The notes: generated by a model not told the origin, from the sequence alone. DNA of 64,000 nucleotides from Dehalococcoidales bacterium (GCA_028707255.1 JAQTUQ010000006.1:8832-72831); one strand, 5' to 3'; numbered from the stretch's first letter, positions 46,713-57,306 are shown. Program-made: numbers and translations.

Positions 46713-48626
46713 TTACTTTCCTCCCAGTCTTACCGATGGAAATTCACCGCCATCGGTATGAGGTAGGAATAAAGCTGCTATATAGTTGTCCATAAAAAGG
46801 CTGTTTTCCGATAGTTCGAGATTCGTCATCATGGATGAGATTTTCCTTCCTTCGTTAAGCAGGTCGCGGGAGAAAGCGGATAATCTGGCTCCCAGTAAAG
46901 AACCGTTTCCCACGAACAGGAACCTGTTTCTGGGTATATCGGGCAGAAGCCCGATGGTGATGGCATTTTCTATATTGATATTATTTCCGAAGGTGCCGGC
47001 GATAATCACCTGTTCCAGGTTGATAAATTTCTTATCGACGCTTTGCAGCAGGGTTTGATATCCGGCATACATGGCAGCCTTGGAGCGAATAAGGTTGGCA
47101 ATATCGGTTTCGGTCAGAACGATATCTTTATATGTTTGTGTTTCAGCGCCGTAAGCCAGCACGTATTCAAATCCGTGTGCGCCTTCCCTGATTCTACGGT
47201 TTAACAGCCCCGTATTGAATTTACCGTTTTGGTCGATAACTCCTTTATCAAGCAGTTTTGCCCCGATATTTATCAACCCCGAACCGCAGATTCCCTTTGG
47301 TTTGGCATTATCGATTGTGGTGATAAGCGGTTCGTATGTTCTTGCGTCGACATCGAAGCCTTCGATAGCTCCCGATGTGGCTATCATGCCGTGCTTTATC
47401 CCACCCCCCTCAAAGGTCGGGCCGGCGGAACAGGCGGCGGTTACCATCCAGTCTCTATTGCCTATCACTATCTCTCCGTTGGTTCCGATATCGATATAAA
47501 GCGTCAGTTTATCTTTTTGATATATGCCCGTACCCAATATCCCCGAAACGATATCCCCGCCGACATAACTGGCTACGCAGGGGAGAGAGTAGAGATAAAC
47601 AGAGTCGGCTACTTCAATACCTGTTTTGTGCGCCTTTATAAGCGGCAGATAATTTGCTGTCGGTACATAGGGGGACAATCTCAAGTATTTCGGATTGAGA
47701 CCGAGTAATAAATGCGTCATTACAGTATTTGCGGCAAATACGATATGCGCTATATCTGAAATATCGATATTTGCTCTCTTAGCCAGGTTCTTTATCATGT
47801 CATTTATGGTGGCAACGACTGCTTTTTGCAGCTTCTCCATCCCATCCTGTTTCTGTGCCCAGGCAATACGGCTGATAACATCCTCGCCGTAACTTATTTG
47901 ACGGTTATAATCGATGCCCTGTGCAAGCATACGCCCGCGGTTTAAGTCGAGTAACTGTCCTCTTACTGCGGTAGTCCCGATATCAAAAACCAGCGTATAA
48001 TTTTTTGCTCTTGTATCGCCGGGTTCGATATTAATCAGCTTAAAGCTGTTATTGCTATCCTCGAGCAGCGTAACGGTTACGCTCCAGTCATCTTTTCTTA
48101 AAATATCAGCCAATTCGTAAAGTATATCGCTGTCGACGGAAACCTTATCGTAACCAGATTGCTGTTTTAAACCTTTAAGCAGCCGCGAAAGATCGCTGGT
48201 ATTATCTTCCATAGCGGGCGGCGTCAGTTCCAGATATGCCTTTTTTACCGGCGGATCAAATTTCCACCCGCTTGCCAATGCGCATGACGATAGCAGTTCT
48301 TCCCTCGAGAGAACAGCTTTTTCCAATTTCGATGTTGCCGGAATTTCCACGATAAGGTTGGACATAATTCTGCTTTTACATGCCTGCCTGAATCCCTTTT
48401 TATAATCGTGTTCCGAAATTTTATCCGTCCTTGTGCTCTCAACCTGACCGCGCTTGATGATGACATTACAGGTTCCGCAGACGCCGGCGCCGCCGCAAGA
48501 GGCGTTGATATGCACGCCGGCAGCAACCGCTGCTTCCATCAGGTTGGCTTCGGCACTTACAACGATATCAATATTATCGGGTTCGAAGTGTACGGTGTAT
48601 TTGATTTCCGTATTTTCTTCCGTCAT
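46713..48626 (-). CDS. Corrinoid reductive activase (RACo-like; 2Fe-2S ferredoxin + ASKHA/DUF4445 ATPase)
   Basis: N-terminal plant-type ferredoxin (CGGAGVCGTCNV), followed by an ASKHA-fold domain (FDIGTTAV…, IDIGTNGEIV…, GPTFEGGGI…). Confidence 0.8.
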   Translation of the reverse strand: MTEENTEIKYTVHFEPDNIDIVVSAEANLMEAAVAAGVHINASCGGAGVCGTCNVIIKRGQVESTRTDKISEHDYKKGFRQACKSRIMSNLIVEIPATSKLEKAVLSREELLSSCALASGWKFDPPVKKAYLELTPPAMEDNTSDLSRLLKGLKQQSGYDKVSVDSDILYELADILRKDDWSVTVTLLEDSNNSFKLINIEPGDTRAKNYTLVFDIGTTAVRGQLLDLNRGRMLAQGIDYNRQISYGEDVISRIAWAQKQDGMEKLQKAVVATINDMIKNLAKRANIDISDIAHIVFAANTVMTHLLLGLNPKYLRLSPYVPTANYLPLIKAHKTGIEVADSVYLYSLPCVASYVGGDIVSGILGTGIYQKDKLTLYIDIGTNGEIVIGNRDWMVTAACSAGPTFEGGGIKHGMIATSGAIEGFDVDARTYEPLITTIDNAKPKGICGSGLINIGAKLLDKGVIDQNGKFNTGLLNRRIREGAHGFEYVLAYGAETQTYKDIVLTETDIANLIRSKAAMYAGYQTLLQSVDKKFINLEQVIIAGTFGNNINIENAITIGLLPDIPRNRFLFVGNGSLLGARLSAFSRDLLNEGRKISSMMTNLELSENSLFMDNYIAALFLPHTDGGEFPSVRLGGK

Positions 48627-48627
48627 A

Positions 48628-50409
48628 TTAAAATAGTCCTTTTATTTTTCCAGTCTCCACATCTACATCTATTCTGCGAAAAGCGGGGTCGGAGCCCGTG
48701 CCAGGCATTAATTTTATATCACCGGCAACCGGGACGATAAATCCCGCTCCGTTGTAAATCAGCACGTCTCTTATAGGCAGAGTCCAACCGGTCGGACGCC
48801 CCTTGAGATCGGGGTCGTGTGTCAGGCTCAGGTGTGTTTTTACCATGCAGGTCGCCATTTTATCAATATCCGGGTCTTTCTCCAGATGTTCTATCTTGGC
48901 ATTGGCTTCCGTCGAATAGCTGACGCTATCGGCTCCGTATACCTCTTTAGCGATAGTCTCTATTCTCTTTTTTACCGGGGTATTATCTTCATAAAGCAAT
49001 TTAAAATCAACCTTATCTTCACAGGCTTCGATTACAGCATCAGCCAGTTCCAGAGCCCCCGCTCCGCCTTTAAGCCAGTGCTGCGATAGCGCAACCCTGG
49101 CGCCTGCCTGTTCCGCTATTCGCCTGATAACGTTGATTTCAGCTTTGGTATCGGTATAAAAATTATTGATGCACACGACCGGATTGATGCCGGCTTTTTT
49201 CACCGTCTCGATATGCGCAATCAGGTTGGCGCAGCCGTTTTCCACCAGCCCTGCATTTTCCGTGGTATAAGCGGAATCCAGCGGTTTTCCCGGTGCTACT
49301 TTCGGGCCGCCCCCGTGCATCTTGAGTGCCCTGACAGTGGCAACAATCACAGCACAGTTGGGAACCAGTCCGCTTAAGCGGCACTTGATATTCCAGAACT
49401 TTTCAAAACCGATATCGGCGCCGAATCCGCTCTCCGTAACGTGGTAGTCGGAAAGTTTTAAAGCCACTTGGTCGGCAACAATCGATGACTGCCCGACTGC
49501 GATATTGGCAAAAGGCCCTGCATGAACCATCACAGGTTGACCTTCAAGTGTTTGCAACAGGTTGGGGTTAGCCGCTCTTACCATCCAGGCAGTCATGGCT
49601 CCATCGACTTCAAGGTCTCTCGTTGTTACAGGATTACCCTGTTTATCGTAGGCAACCACAATTTTAGACATACGTTCACGCAGGTCTTTCAAGCTGTTAA
49701 AGACAGCAAGGATAGCCATAACCTCCGAACTGACCGAAATGGCAAAACCGGAACGCATCATGAAGCCGTCCATTTTTTCGCCGATACCGATAACGATATC
49801 GCGCAGGGACTGGGCGCAGAAGTCCATCGCCCATTTCATCTGCACGTTGCGAGGGTCGATATCCAGTCGTTTCAAATTTTTTTGCGCCAGGGTGGCATCA
49901 TCATAGTTGAACTCATGCTGCAAGCGCGAAGTCAACGCCACCATTGCCAGATTATGTGCATTGGTTACATTATCAATATCACCAGTCAACCCCAGCGAGA
50001 ATGGAGTTAAAGGAATACACTGTGAAAGCCCGCCACCGGCAGCACTGCCTTTGATATTAAATGTGGGGCCGCCCGAAGGCTGGCGAATGGCGCCGGATAC
50101 GTTTTTGTTTCTTTTAGCCAGCCCCTGCACCAGTCCCATAGTAGTAGTGCTCTTGCCTTCTCCGAGGGGGGTGGGGGTAATGGCGGTAACATCGATATAT
50201 TTCCCGTTAGTCTTGTTCTTAAGACGGTCGAGAATAACGGGAAAATCTACTTTGCCTATAAAATGACCGTAAGGCAAAAGCTCGTCTTTTTTTATGCCCC
50301 ATTCCTCAGCGAGGTCGGCAATCGGCTTCATATACTTTTCAGCTTCTTCGGCAACCTGCCAGTCCTGCAGTTTGGTGGGGTCTAGCGATGTAATGTCGAA
50401 TTCTGTCAT
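48628..50409 (-). CDS. fhs: Formate-tetrahydrofolate ligase
   Basis: 593 aa with the P-loop-like [12 protein letters not shown] and other FTHFS signatures (…GGPTFNIKG…, …[12 protein letters not shown]…). Confidence 0.95.
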   Translation of the reverse strand: MTEFDITSLDPTKLQDWQVAEEAEKYMKPIADLAEEWGIKKDELLPYGHFIGKVDFPVILDRLKNKTNGKYIDVTAITPTPLGEGKSTTTMGLVQGLAKRNKNVSGAIRQPSGGPTFNIKGSAAGGGLSQCIPLTPFSLGLTGDIDNVTNAHNLAMVALTSRLQHEFNYDDATLAQKNLKRLDIDPRNVQMKWAMDFCAQSLRDIVIGIGEKMDGFMMRSGFAISVSSEVMAILAVFNSLKDLRERMSKIVVAYDKQGNPVTTRDLEVDGAMTAWMVRAANPNLLQTLEGQPVMVHAGPFANIAVGQSSIVADQVALKLSDYHVTESGFGADIGFEKFWNIKCRLSGLVPNCAVIVATVRALKMHGGGPKVAPGKPLDSAYTTENAGLVENGCANLIAHIETVKKAGINPVVCINNFYTDTKAEINVIRRIAEQAGARVALSQHWLKGGAGALELADAVIEACEDKVDFKLLYEDNTPVKKRIETIAKEVYGADSVSYSTEANAKIEHLEKDPDIDKMATCMVKTHLSLTHDPDLKGRPTGWTLPIRDVLIYNGAGFIVPVAGDIKLMPGTGSDPAFRRIDVDVETGKIKGLF

Positions 50410-50738
50410 TTTACTATCTCCGTCTCCTTTATTGGAAGATTCAGGAACCAGCTAACAAAGATGGTAACAATTAATTATACATTTGTTTTATATTATAAAG
50501 GAATATTTGACTGTAAATAATTTACTCGTTAGCAACTAAGCGGATAAATTATTATCTGAACTAGTGTGAAATGATAGTATAAGATAACGCTAAACTACGG
50601 TCAAATAAATCCTGAATGAGGGTGAACAAGACCCGAATAATGGTTTATTGAAAATGCCTGTGTTTGAAGAATATACAGTCCTGAGTTATAATTAGCTTTA
50701 CTTAAAATGTATATTTCTTATCGTCAGGGGGAAGAGGT

Positions 50739-52544
50739 TTGCTTAAGAGTCACAGTTGTGGGGAGCTTACACGGAATAATAATAAACAGATTGTAACCCT
50801 TGGCGGCTGGGTAGACCGCCGCCGCGACCACGGCGGTTTGATTTTTATCGACCTCAGGGATAGAGAAGGTGTGGTACAGGTAGTTTTCAATCCCGAAAGC
50901 TCGAAAGAGTGTCATGATATCGCCAGCCAGTTACGCAACGAGTTTGTAATCCAGGTAGTCGGGCAGGTTTCCATGCGTCCGGCAGGCACGGAAAATCTCA
51001 AGTTATCTAGCGGTGAAATCGAAATCCTGGCCGACAGTGTCAAGATACTGAATGCCGCCAAAACCCCTCCTTTTTATATCAATGAAGACATAGAAATCGA
51101 TGAAAACCTGCGCCTGAAATACCGTTATCTTGATATCAGGCGCGAAAGAATGAAAAACAATATCATTCTGCGCCATCGTGTGGTCAAGATGATGCGCGAT
51201 TTCATGGACGGTAGGGGTTTTCTGGAAGTAGAAACGCCGATTCTGATAAAAAGAACTCCGGAAGGGGCGCGTGATTACCTGGTACCGAGCCGCGTCTATC
51301 CGGGCAAATTTTATGCCCTGCCGCAATCACCTCAGCAATTGAAACAGCTTTTAATGGTAGCCGGCATCGAAAAGTATTACCAGGTAGCCAAGTGTTTCCG
51401 CGATGAAGATACGAGGGCTGACAGGCAGCCTGAGTTTACGCAACTTGACATCGAAATGAGCTTTCCGGAAGAAGATGATGTGATGCAGTTAATCGAAGAC
51501 CTCTTCGTCAAGATTATGGAAGAGTTAAAACCGGAAAAGCGTATTATTAAACCGTTCCCGCGCATAAATTACGCCGATGCCATGGAACGTTACGGTTCAG
51601 ATAAACCAGATATCCGGTTCGGAATGGAGATAAAGGACCTTTCGGATATTGTCGCAGATTCCGAATTTGCCGTTTTCAGCTCGGCAGTAGCAGCCGGTGG
51701 TAAAGTGAAGGGCATCAGCGCTCCCGGCTGCTCCGGTTATTCGCGTGCCCAGATAAACGAATTGAATGAAATAGCGAAGGGTTTCGGCGCCAAAGGACTG
51801 GCAACAATCATTTTGGATTCTTCGGCGGCAAGTATAGATGAATTGACGATGGACATGGTTAAATCCCAGGTGGCTAAATTCCTCACTCTGGAACAGGTTA
51901 AAGAAATGGCTAATCGTCTGGGAGCTGCTCCCGGGGATATGTTGATGATTGCTGCCGGGGACGATGCCACTGTCAGTAATGTGCTTGGCAGAATGCGTTT
52001 GGAAATGGGGAATCGTCTTAAATTAGCCGACCCGGATTTATTTGATTATTGTTTTGTAGTAAATTTCCCGTTATTTGCCTGGGATGATAAAATGAATCGC
52101 TGGGAATCGATGCATCATCCTTTTACAGCTCCCAAGGAAAGAGATATACCGATTCTGGAATCGAATCCGGGTAATGTTTTCAGCCAGAGTTATGATATTA
52201 TCTTAAACGGATACGAGGTAGGCGGCGGCAGTATCAGAATTCATAATCCTGAACTGCAGAGAAGGGTGTTTAAGGTCATGGGACATACCGATGAATCCAT
52301 AGACCAGCTTTTCGGGCATTTACTGGAAGCTTTCAGCTATGGCGCACCGCCTCACGGAGGAATAGCTATCGGAGTGGACCGCATTCTGATGCTGATTGCC
52401 GGTGAAAGCAGCATCAGGGAAGTAATTCCTTTCCCGAAGAACCAGAATGCATACGATTTGTGTTTTAATGCTCCCGATGTTGTCAGCCAGGAAGATATAG
52501 ACGTACTGCATATAAAATTGGCGGATGAAAAAGTAGAAGAATAA
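50739..52544 (+). CDS. aspS: Aspartate-tRNA ligase
   Basis: TTG start. OB-fold anticodon-binding N-domain and class II motifs (…FRDEDTRADRQPEFTQLD…, …GGGSIRIH…, …GIAIGVDRI…). Confidence 0.95.
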   Translation: MLKSHSCGELTRNNNKQIVTLGGWVDRRRDHGGLIFIDLRDREGVVQVVFNPESSKECHDIASQLRNEFVIQVVGQVSMRPAGTENLKLSSGEIEILADSVKILNAAKTPPFYINEDIEIDENLRLKYRYLDIRRERMKNNIILRHRVVKMMRDFMDGRGFLEVETPILIKRTPEGARDYLVPSRVYPGKFYALPQSPQQLKQLLMVAGIEKYYQVAKCFRDEDTRADRQPEFTQLDIEMSFPEEDDVMQLIEDLFVKIMEELKPEKRIIKPFPRINYADAMERYGSDKPDIRFGMEIKDLSDIVADSEFAVFSSAVAAGGKVKGISAPGCSGYSRAQINELNEIAKGFGAKGLATIILDSSAASIDELTMDMVKSQVAKFLTLEQVKEMANRLGAAPGDMLMIAAGDDATVSNVLGRMRLEMGNRLKLADPDLFDYCFVVNFPLFAWDDKMNRWESMHHPFTAPKERDIPILESNPGNVFSQSYDIILNGYEVGGGSIRIHNPELQRRVFKVMGHTDESIDQLFGHLLEAFSYGAPPHGGIAIGVDRILMLIAGESSIREVIPFPKNQNAYDLCFNAPDVVSQEDIDVLHIKLADEKVEE

Positions 52545-52562
52545 ATATATAAAGGGGTAATA

Positions 52563-53864
52563 ATGAAATCAACACTGGATAAAACGGAAAACCACATGAG
52601 CTATCTGACCGTTATAACGGAAACGTCGGAGCTGGAAGAGTATCTGGAAAAGGCTTATCAATGGTTGGTGAAAAGAACTGAGGTGCCGGGTTTTCGTAAA
52701 GGTAATGCACCGAGAGACATTTTGGAAAAGCATGTCGGCAGGGAAAAACTGCTAGAAGATGCCATTAAAGAAGCGCTTCCTGCTATCTGCAATGATGCTA
52801 TAAAAGAACATAATCTTGAACCCATAATGCAGCCGATGGTTAAAATCGTGCAAAACGAGCCGTTAAAGTTCGAGATGATCGTTGCCTTGAAACCGGTAGT
52901 CGAACTCGGCGATTATAAGAATATGGTTGTGGAAGCTGACCCGCTTGAAGTGAGCGAGGAAGAACTCAATGATATTTTAGATAACTTGCGCAAGCAATAT
53001 GGTGGGCACGTTGACATTTCAGATAGCCCGATAAAGAAGGGCGATAAGGTAACAGCGGATGTGATAGGAGAGATATATGAATCGCCCATCATTCGTAACA
53101 AGGGTGTTAGCTTCGAGTTGAATTCTGAATTTGCCAAGGAGATACCGGGTCTGGCGGATAAAATAGTCGGCTTGAAAAAAGGAGAGGAATCGAAATTCAA
53201 GTTGGTTCTTCCCGATGATTATGAAAATAAAGTGGTAGCCGGCAAAGAGGTGGAATTTACCGTTAAAATTCATGACGTTCAGGGAACTACGCTGCCGGAA
53301 CTCGATGATGAGTTTGCAAAGAAAGTTAATCCAGGTATCGAGTCGCTCGATGCCCTAAAAGATATAATACGTACTAATTTGAAAAACGAAAAAGAACGCA
53401 ACTCTGTTGCCAATTATGAGGAAAAGGTTGTCGAAAAGTTAATAGAAAGCAGTAAAATGGAATATCCTCCGGTTATGGTCGATATGGAGTTGCAGGCTCT
53501 CATTCAGGAATATAAGCAGCAGTTACAGGCTACCTGCCGGGATGAAAAGGAATTTGAAGAGAGGATGAAGCAGGTGCCTGAAGCGAAATTAAGAGAAAGC
53601 GGCAAGCCTATGGCAAAAAAGAGGGTTTTGTGGACTCTGGTTGTGAGTGAAGTAGCCAAAAGTGAAGGAATCAGTGTTTCAGCACAGGAAGTAGATGAAG
53701 AAATAGAGAAGATGTTAAAAGATGCCGGACAAAGGAAAGAAGAAATGCGTAAATATATACAGGAGAACAACGGGCGCATTGAAGTGGAAAACTTCTTAAG
53801 CGCTAAGAAAACCGTAAAAAAACTGGTGGAAATAGTTAAGGCAAATACACCGGCTGAAAGCTAA
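52563..53864 (+). CDS. tig: Trigger factor
   Basis: Ribosome-binding signature (VPGFRKGNAPR), a central FKBP-like domain and a C-terminal helical arm domain. tig-clpP synteny. Confidence 0.9.
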   Translation: MKSTLDKTENHMSYLTVITETSELEEYLEKAYQWLVKRTEVPGFRKGNAPRDILEKHVGREKLLEDAIKEALPAICNDAIKEHNLEPIMQPMVKIVQNEPLKFEMIVALKPVVELGDYKNMVVEADPLEVSEEELNDILDNLRKQYGGHVDISDSPIKKGDKVTADVIGEIYESPIIRNKGVSFELNSEFAKEIPGLADKIVGLKKGEESKFKLVLPDDYENKVVAGKEVEFTVKIHDVQGTTLPELDDEFAKKVNPGIESLDALKDIIRTNLKNEKERNSVANYEEKVVEKLIESSKMEYPPVMVDMELQALIQEYKQQLQATCRDEKEFEERMKQVPEAKLRESGKPMAKKRVLWTLVVSEVAKSEGISVSAQEVDEEIEKMLKDAGQRKEEMRKYIQENNGRIEVENFLSAKKTVKKLVEIVKANTPAES

Positions 53865-53888
53865 TATTTAAAGAAAGGAGTACAAAAA

Positions 53889-54500
53889 ATGTACGAAAAT
53901 CCGAGCAGTGTAATACCCATGGTGATCGAGAGCGGTGCGAGAGGGGAAAGGGCTTACGATATTTATTCATTGCTCTTGAAAGAGCGCATCATCATATTGG
54001 GTACCCAGATAAACGACCAGGTTGCCAATGTAATTGTTGCCCAATTGCTCTTTCTTGAAAGAGAAGATCCGGATAAGGATATCCAGTTATTTATTAACTC
54101 TCCAGGCGGCGTTATCGCATCCGGACTGGCAATTTATGACACCATGAATTTGATTAAACCCGATGTTTCCACGATTTGCGTGGGAATGGCAGCCAGTATG
54201 GCTACCGTTTTACTGACAGCCGGAGCCAAAGGTAAAAGGTATGCTTTACCCAACTCGACCATACATATGCATCAGGCTCTCGGTGGTGCGCAGGGGCAGG
54301 CTTCCGATATCGTGATCGCCGCCCGCGAAATCATGAGGCTGCAGGATTTGATAAGGGGTATACTGGTTGAAAGTACGGGACAGACGCTGGAAAAAATAAT
54401 TCATGACACCGACCGCGATTTCTACTTGAATCCACAGCAGGCTGTCGAGTACGGTTTAATCGACGAGATTCTAAGCAAGCCGGAAGAAAATAAGAAATAA
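53889..54500 (+). CDS. clpP: ATP-dependent Clp protease proteolytic subunit
   Basis: Catalytic Ser (GMAASMA) and His (IHMHQ) contexts, and the N-terminal [18 protein letters not shown]. Confidence 0.95.
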   Translation: MYENPSSVIPMVIESGARGERAYDIYSLLLKERIIILGTQINDQVANVIVAQLLFLEREDPDKDIQLFINSPGGVIASGLAIYDTMNLIKPDVSTICVGMAASMATVLLTAGAKGKRYALPNSTIHMHQALGGAQGQASDIVIAAREIMRLQDLIRGILVESTGQTLEKIIHDTDRDFYLNPQQAVEYGLIDEILSKPEENKK

Positions 54501-54533
54501 ACCGGCTTACGGTCAGAATTTAAACGCTTGATA

Positions 54534-54569
54534 ACGGCAGGATATTGCTACCCTGCCGTTTTTGTTTTT
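54534..54569 (+). terminator. Rho-independent terminator after clpP
   Basis: ACGGCAGGatattgctaCCCTGCCGT followed by TTTTGTTTTT. Confidence 0.7.
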
Positions 54570-54915
54570 AATCAAACATTAACATTCATTTTAATATTTG
54601 TTCTGAAAGAAATTACTTATGGTATAACCTGGTAAACTATTGAAGTAGCAATAACTAAGGATTATATTAAATAGCAAGGAGGATTTGAAAAAACATCACC
54701 AGTCCAGTACAGTAAAAGACTGTGCAAAGGGACTCAAGCACTTGGCTTACTTTGTGTTTTCTTTAATATATAAAGCGGCGAAAATACAAGAAGAGAGATG
54801 TTTACAAAGCGGAAGATTGCCTTAATTAAAGTATTCTTATTAAGACTGTGTCAACTATAACCTGATTGATGGCCGTTGAAAATTTTATGCAGGTTAGAAT
54901 TAAAAGGGTGATATC

Positions 54916-55980
54916 ATGGATTCAACAGGGAAGTATATAGCAGAAACAATATATGATAACCTTGACATACTTGCCGAGGAAATTGCGAAAGCCCAGATAT
55001 CTAGTCGGGCAGAGATATCTTCCAAGTATGCATTAAACTTATCGAAATATATAGAATACTCGCGGCATGACCTTCAGCAATTAGCTGAATCCCTGTTTGC
55101 GGACAACCATTATCAATTCGTCGACTATATTTCCTGGCAACGGTCTATGCTGGAAAACCATGGAGTTCCTCCGACTTTCACACTGTTGAACTTGAATTCT
55201 GAAGTTGAAATACTAAAAAAATATCTTTCGCCAGATGAGATGAATGCTGTTAGAAAATATTTCAATGCAGCACGGGAAGCATCAGGTCAAAAAACGGACG
55301 CTATGTCATCCGGTATTACGGAAGATAATTATTTATCTTCGTTGTCGCAACTGTATCTGAACACTCTTTTATCGGGGGACAGAAAAAAAGCAACCTCATT
55401 GATTATGCAAGCTGTAGAAAATGGTACTCCAATAAAGGATATTTATTTTAAGGTATTTAAATCCTGTTTATACGAAGTGGGGCGTTTATGGCAAATTGGG
55501 GAAATAACCGTTGCCCATGAGCATTTTTTCAGTGCGGCCACTCAATTTATCATGTCTGAATTGTATTCGTATGTTCTTAAGGGTTTATCAAAACAAAAAG
55601 GTATTATAATAGCCGCTTGTGCTCCAGGGGAATTACATGAGATAGGACTAAGAATCGTTTCCGATTTATTAGAAATGGACGGATGGGATGTGTATTATCT
55701 CGGTGCAAATATGCCGCCACTGGCAATATCTGAAATCGCCAGAGAGAAAAATGCAAAATTAATAGCATTGTCGGTTTGCTTACCAAGCTGTGGCCCGGCA
55801 GCACGGGAAATGATCAGTATTATTAAGTCTCAACTGGATGATTCGATAAAGATATTAGTCGGTGGATATATTGTGAGTAAATACCCCCAATATGGCATTT
55901 CTTTAGGAGCCGATGCGGTACATGATGGCTCATTAGAAATAAGTGAAATGGCAGAAAAACTTTGTGCGGAGATATTATAG
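54916..55980 (+). CDS. Cobalamin-binding sensor-type protein (CarH/AerR-like B12-binding_2 + B12-binding domains; no DNA-binding domain)
   Basis: Four-helix-bundle cap motif (GRLWQIGEITVAHEH), lower-ligand loop (PGELHEIGLRIVSD) and a Rossmann B12 domain (…VYYLGANMP…LIALS…ILVGG). The N-terminal ~130 aa are helical and of an unrecognised type. Confidence 0.75.
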   Translation: MDSTGKYIAETIYDNLDILAEEIAKAQISSRAEISSKYALNLSKYIEYSRHDLQQLAESLFADNHYQFVDYISWQRSMLENHGVPPTFTLLNLNSEVEILKKYLSPDEMNAVRKYFNAAREASGQKTDAMSSGITEDNYLSSLSQLYLNTLLSGDRKKATSLIMQAVENGTPIKDIYFKVFKSCLYEVGRLWQIGEITVAHEHFFSAATQFIMSELYSYVLKGLSKQKGIIIAACAPGELHEIGLRIVSDLLEMDGWDVYYLGANMPPLAISEIAREKNAKLIALSVCLPSCGPAAREMISIIKSQLDDSIKILVGGYIVSKYPQYGISLGADAVHDGSLEISEMAEKLCAEIL

Positions 55981-55982
55981 TC

Positions 55983-56291
55983 ATGACAATCATTGATGAT
56001 ATTGGAAACTTGTCTCAAGGCGATGAAAAATGGAATGAGACTATCAGCAGCATAATGAATGAATTAGTTGCGGCTAAACGCGACCTTCAGAAAAAGAATG
56101 CTGAACTGATAGAAGCATTGGAGAAAGTAAAAACGTTGGAAGGTTTGTTACCGATATGTTCATGGTGTAAAAATATTAGAGATGATGCAGGTTATTGGAC
56201 TTCTGTTGAGGAGTATTTATCAACGCATACGGATGTCAGTTTTACCCATGGGATGTGTCCTTCATGTCTCAAGAAATATTATCCGGAATAA
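55983..56291 (+). CDS. Small coiled-coil protein with C-terminal Cys/His motif (LPICSWCKNIRDD…THGMCPSC)
   Basis: ATG 55983 lies 2 nt after the upstream stop. A coiled coil (LVAAKRDLQKKNAELIEALEKVKTLEG) is followed by CxxC…H…CxxC. Confidence 0.6.
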   Translation: MTIIDDIGNLSQGDEKWNETISSIMNELVAAKRDLQKKNAELIEALEKVKTLEGLLPICSWCKNIRDDAGYWTSVEEYLSTHTDVSFTHGMCPSCLKKYYPE

Positions 56292-56498
56292 ACCGATGAC
56301 ATTTATGATATGCGATAGATGGATAATATCCAACAAATTGAAACTATATTGCCTTCCAAAAATTCATCAGAATTCGGACATTGTTATCATATCAGATACT
56401 TTGCAACCTTAGACCTTATTGATGGTGTGCGCAACAGCATATGGATTATTTTCAATAGAAGGAAGGATTATAGGGCTAAGTATTAATCACGTGCCCTA

Positions 56499-57305
56499 TT
56501 ATAACAGCTTCTCGATTTCTTCCGTTAAGTTGTAACCGTTGATTTTATTTCCGCTCGAGTCAAATACCAATCCATCTGAAATGACCACCTTGCCTGAACT
56601 GAAGGCAGCCATAGTGGACAGAATAAGCGGGAATTCCCTCTTTAAGCCGTGTTCGCGGATGGTCTTGAAAAGTTGATTATCTTCACCCTGGCTTCTTTTA
56701 ATTTCATCGGCTGTTTTTCCTGCGACAGCCTGCCAGTACTGGTCGAAAGGCTTCCCAATAATCGGAAATTTGCAGTAGCTGACAACGGGGCCTTTATCAA
56801 GTTCCGGAGTTACCATGTGCATCATTACACCGGTTTCTTTAGCTCGTGCTTCCATTAACTGCCAGATAACCTCGCGCCATGTACCCTTCGGGCCGCCGGG
56901 GGCTGCCGGGTGCAGGTTGAGCATTTTATACTTTTGGCACATTTCACTGCCAACTATAAGCATATACCCCGCCAGCACGCAGAGGTCGGAGCTGAAACCC
57001 TTAATTAATTCCATAACGTGCCGGTCGTATTCCAGCCGCCACTCGGGTAACGGTTCATCGACGGCGTTATCAGGATTATCGCCTTTGAATTTCTGATAGG
57101 AAAAACATATCAGAGGAATCCCGCTGCTTTTTACGAGTTCGATAAACTGGTCGGTTTCCGGTGATTCTCCCGGTTCGCGATTGCAAAAGACATAGGAAAT
57201 AGCCGCACTTTCTATTTGCCCGCTTTTAATGCCGTTTAAGGCAACTTTAAAGAGTTCCCTCGACCCTTTGCCCCTACCTGTCGAAAACCAACCGAAATGA
57301 TACAT
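56499..57305 (-). CDS. Formyltransferase-family protein (PurN-like fold)
   Basis: …LCVLAGYMLIV… and …LNLHPAAPGGPKG… resemble the formyl-transferase N-domain (HP motif). The exact substrate cannot be called. Confidence 0.6.
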   Translation of the reverse strand: MYHFGWFSTGRGKGSRELFKVALNGIKSGQIESAAISYVFCNREPGESPETDQFIELVKSSGIPLICFSYQKFKGDNPDNAVDEPLPEWRLEYDRHVMELIKGFSSDLCVLAGYMLIVGSEMCQKYKMLNLHPAAPGGPKGTWREVIWQLMEARAKETGVMMHMVTPELDKGPVVSYCKFPIIGKPFDQYWQAVAGKTADEIKRSQGEDNQLFKTIREHGLKREFPLILSTMAAFSSGKVVISDGLVFDSSGNKINGYNLTEEIEKLL

Positions 57306-57306
57306 T

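Noticed and set aside
50410-50738. T-box leader upstream of aspS, and divergent promoters in the fhs/aspS intergenic region
   Set aside because: No T-box consensus sequence or specifier-loop arrangement was recognisable. The region is AT-rich and surely contains promoters, but I could not assign -35/-10 hexamers with confidence.
53889-54500. clpP not followed by clpX
   Set aside because: A strong terminator follows clpP and clpX can be encoded elsewhere. This is not unusual enough to count as a finding.
54680-54830. Possible ~47-codon ORF after an AAGGAGG at about 54677-54683
   Set aside because: The only in-frame start (TTG) is just 2 nt from the SD-like sequence, and the peptide has no recognisable features.
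54570-54915. Possible cobalamin riboswitch or other cis-regulator in the 415-bp leader upstream of the B12-binding protein gene
   Set aside because: I could not find the conserved B12-box (…GCCACTG…) or a convincing multi-stem architecture by eye. A covariance-model scan (Rfam) would be needed, so it is not reported as a feature.
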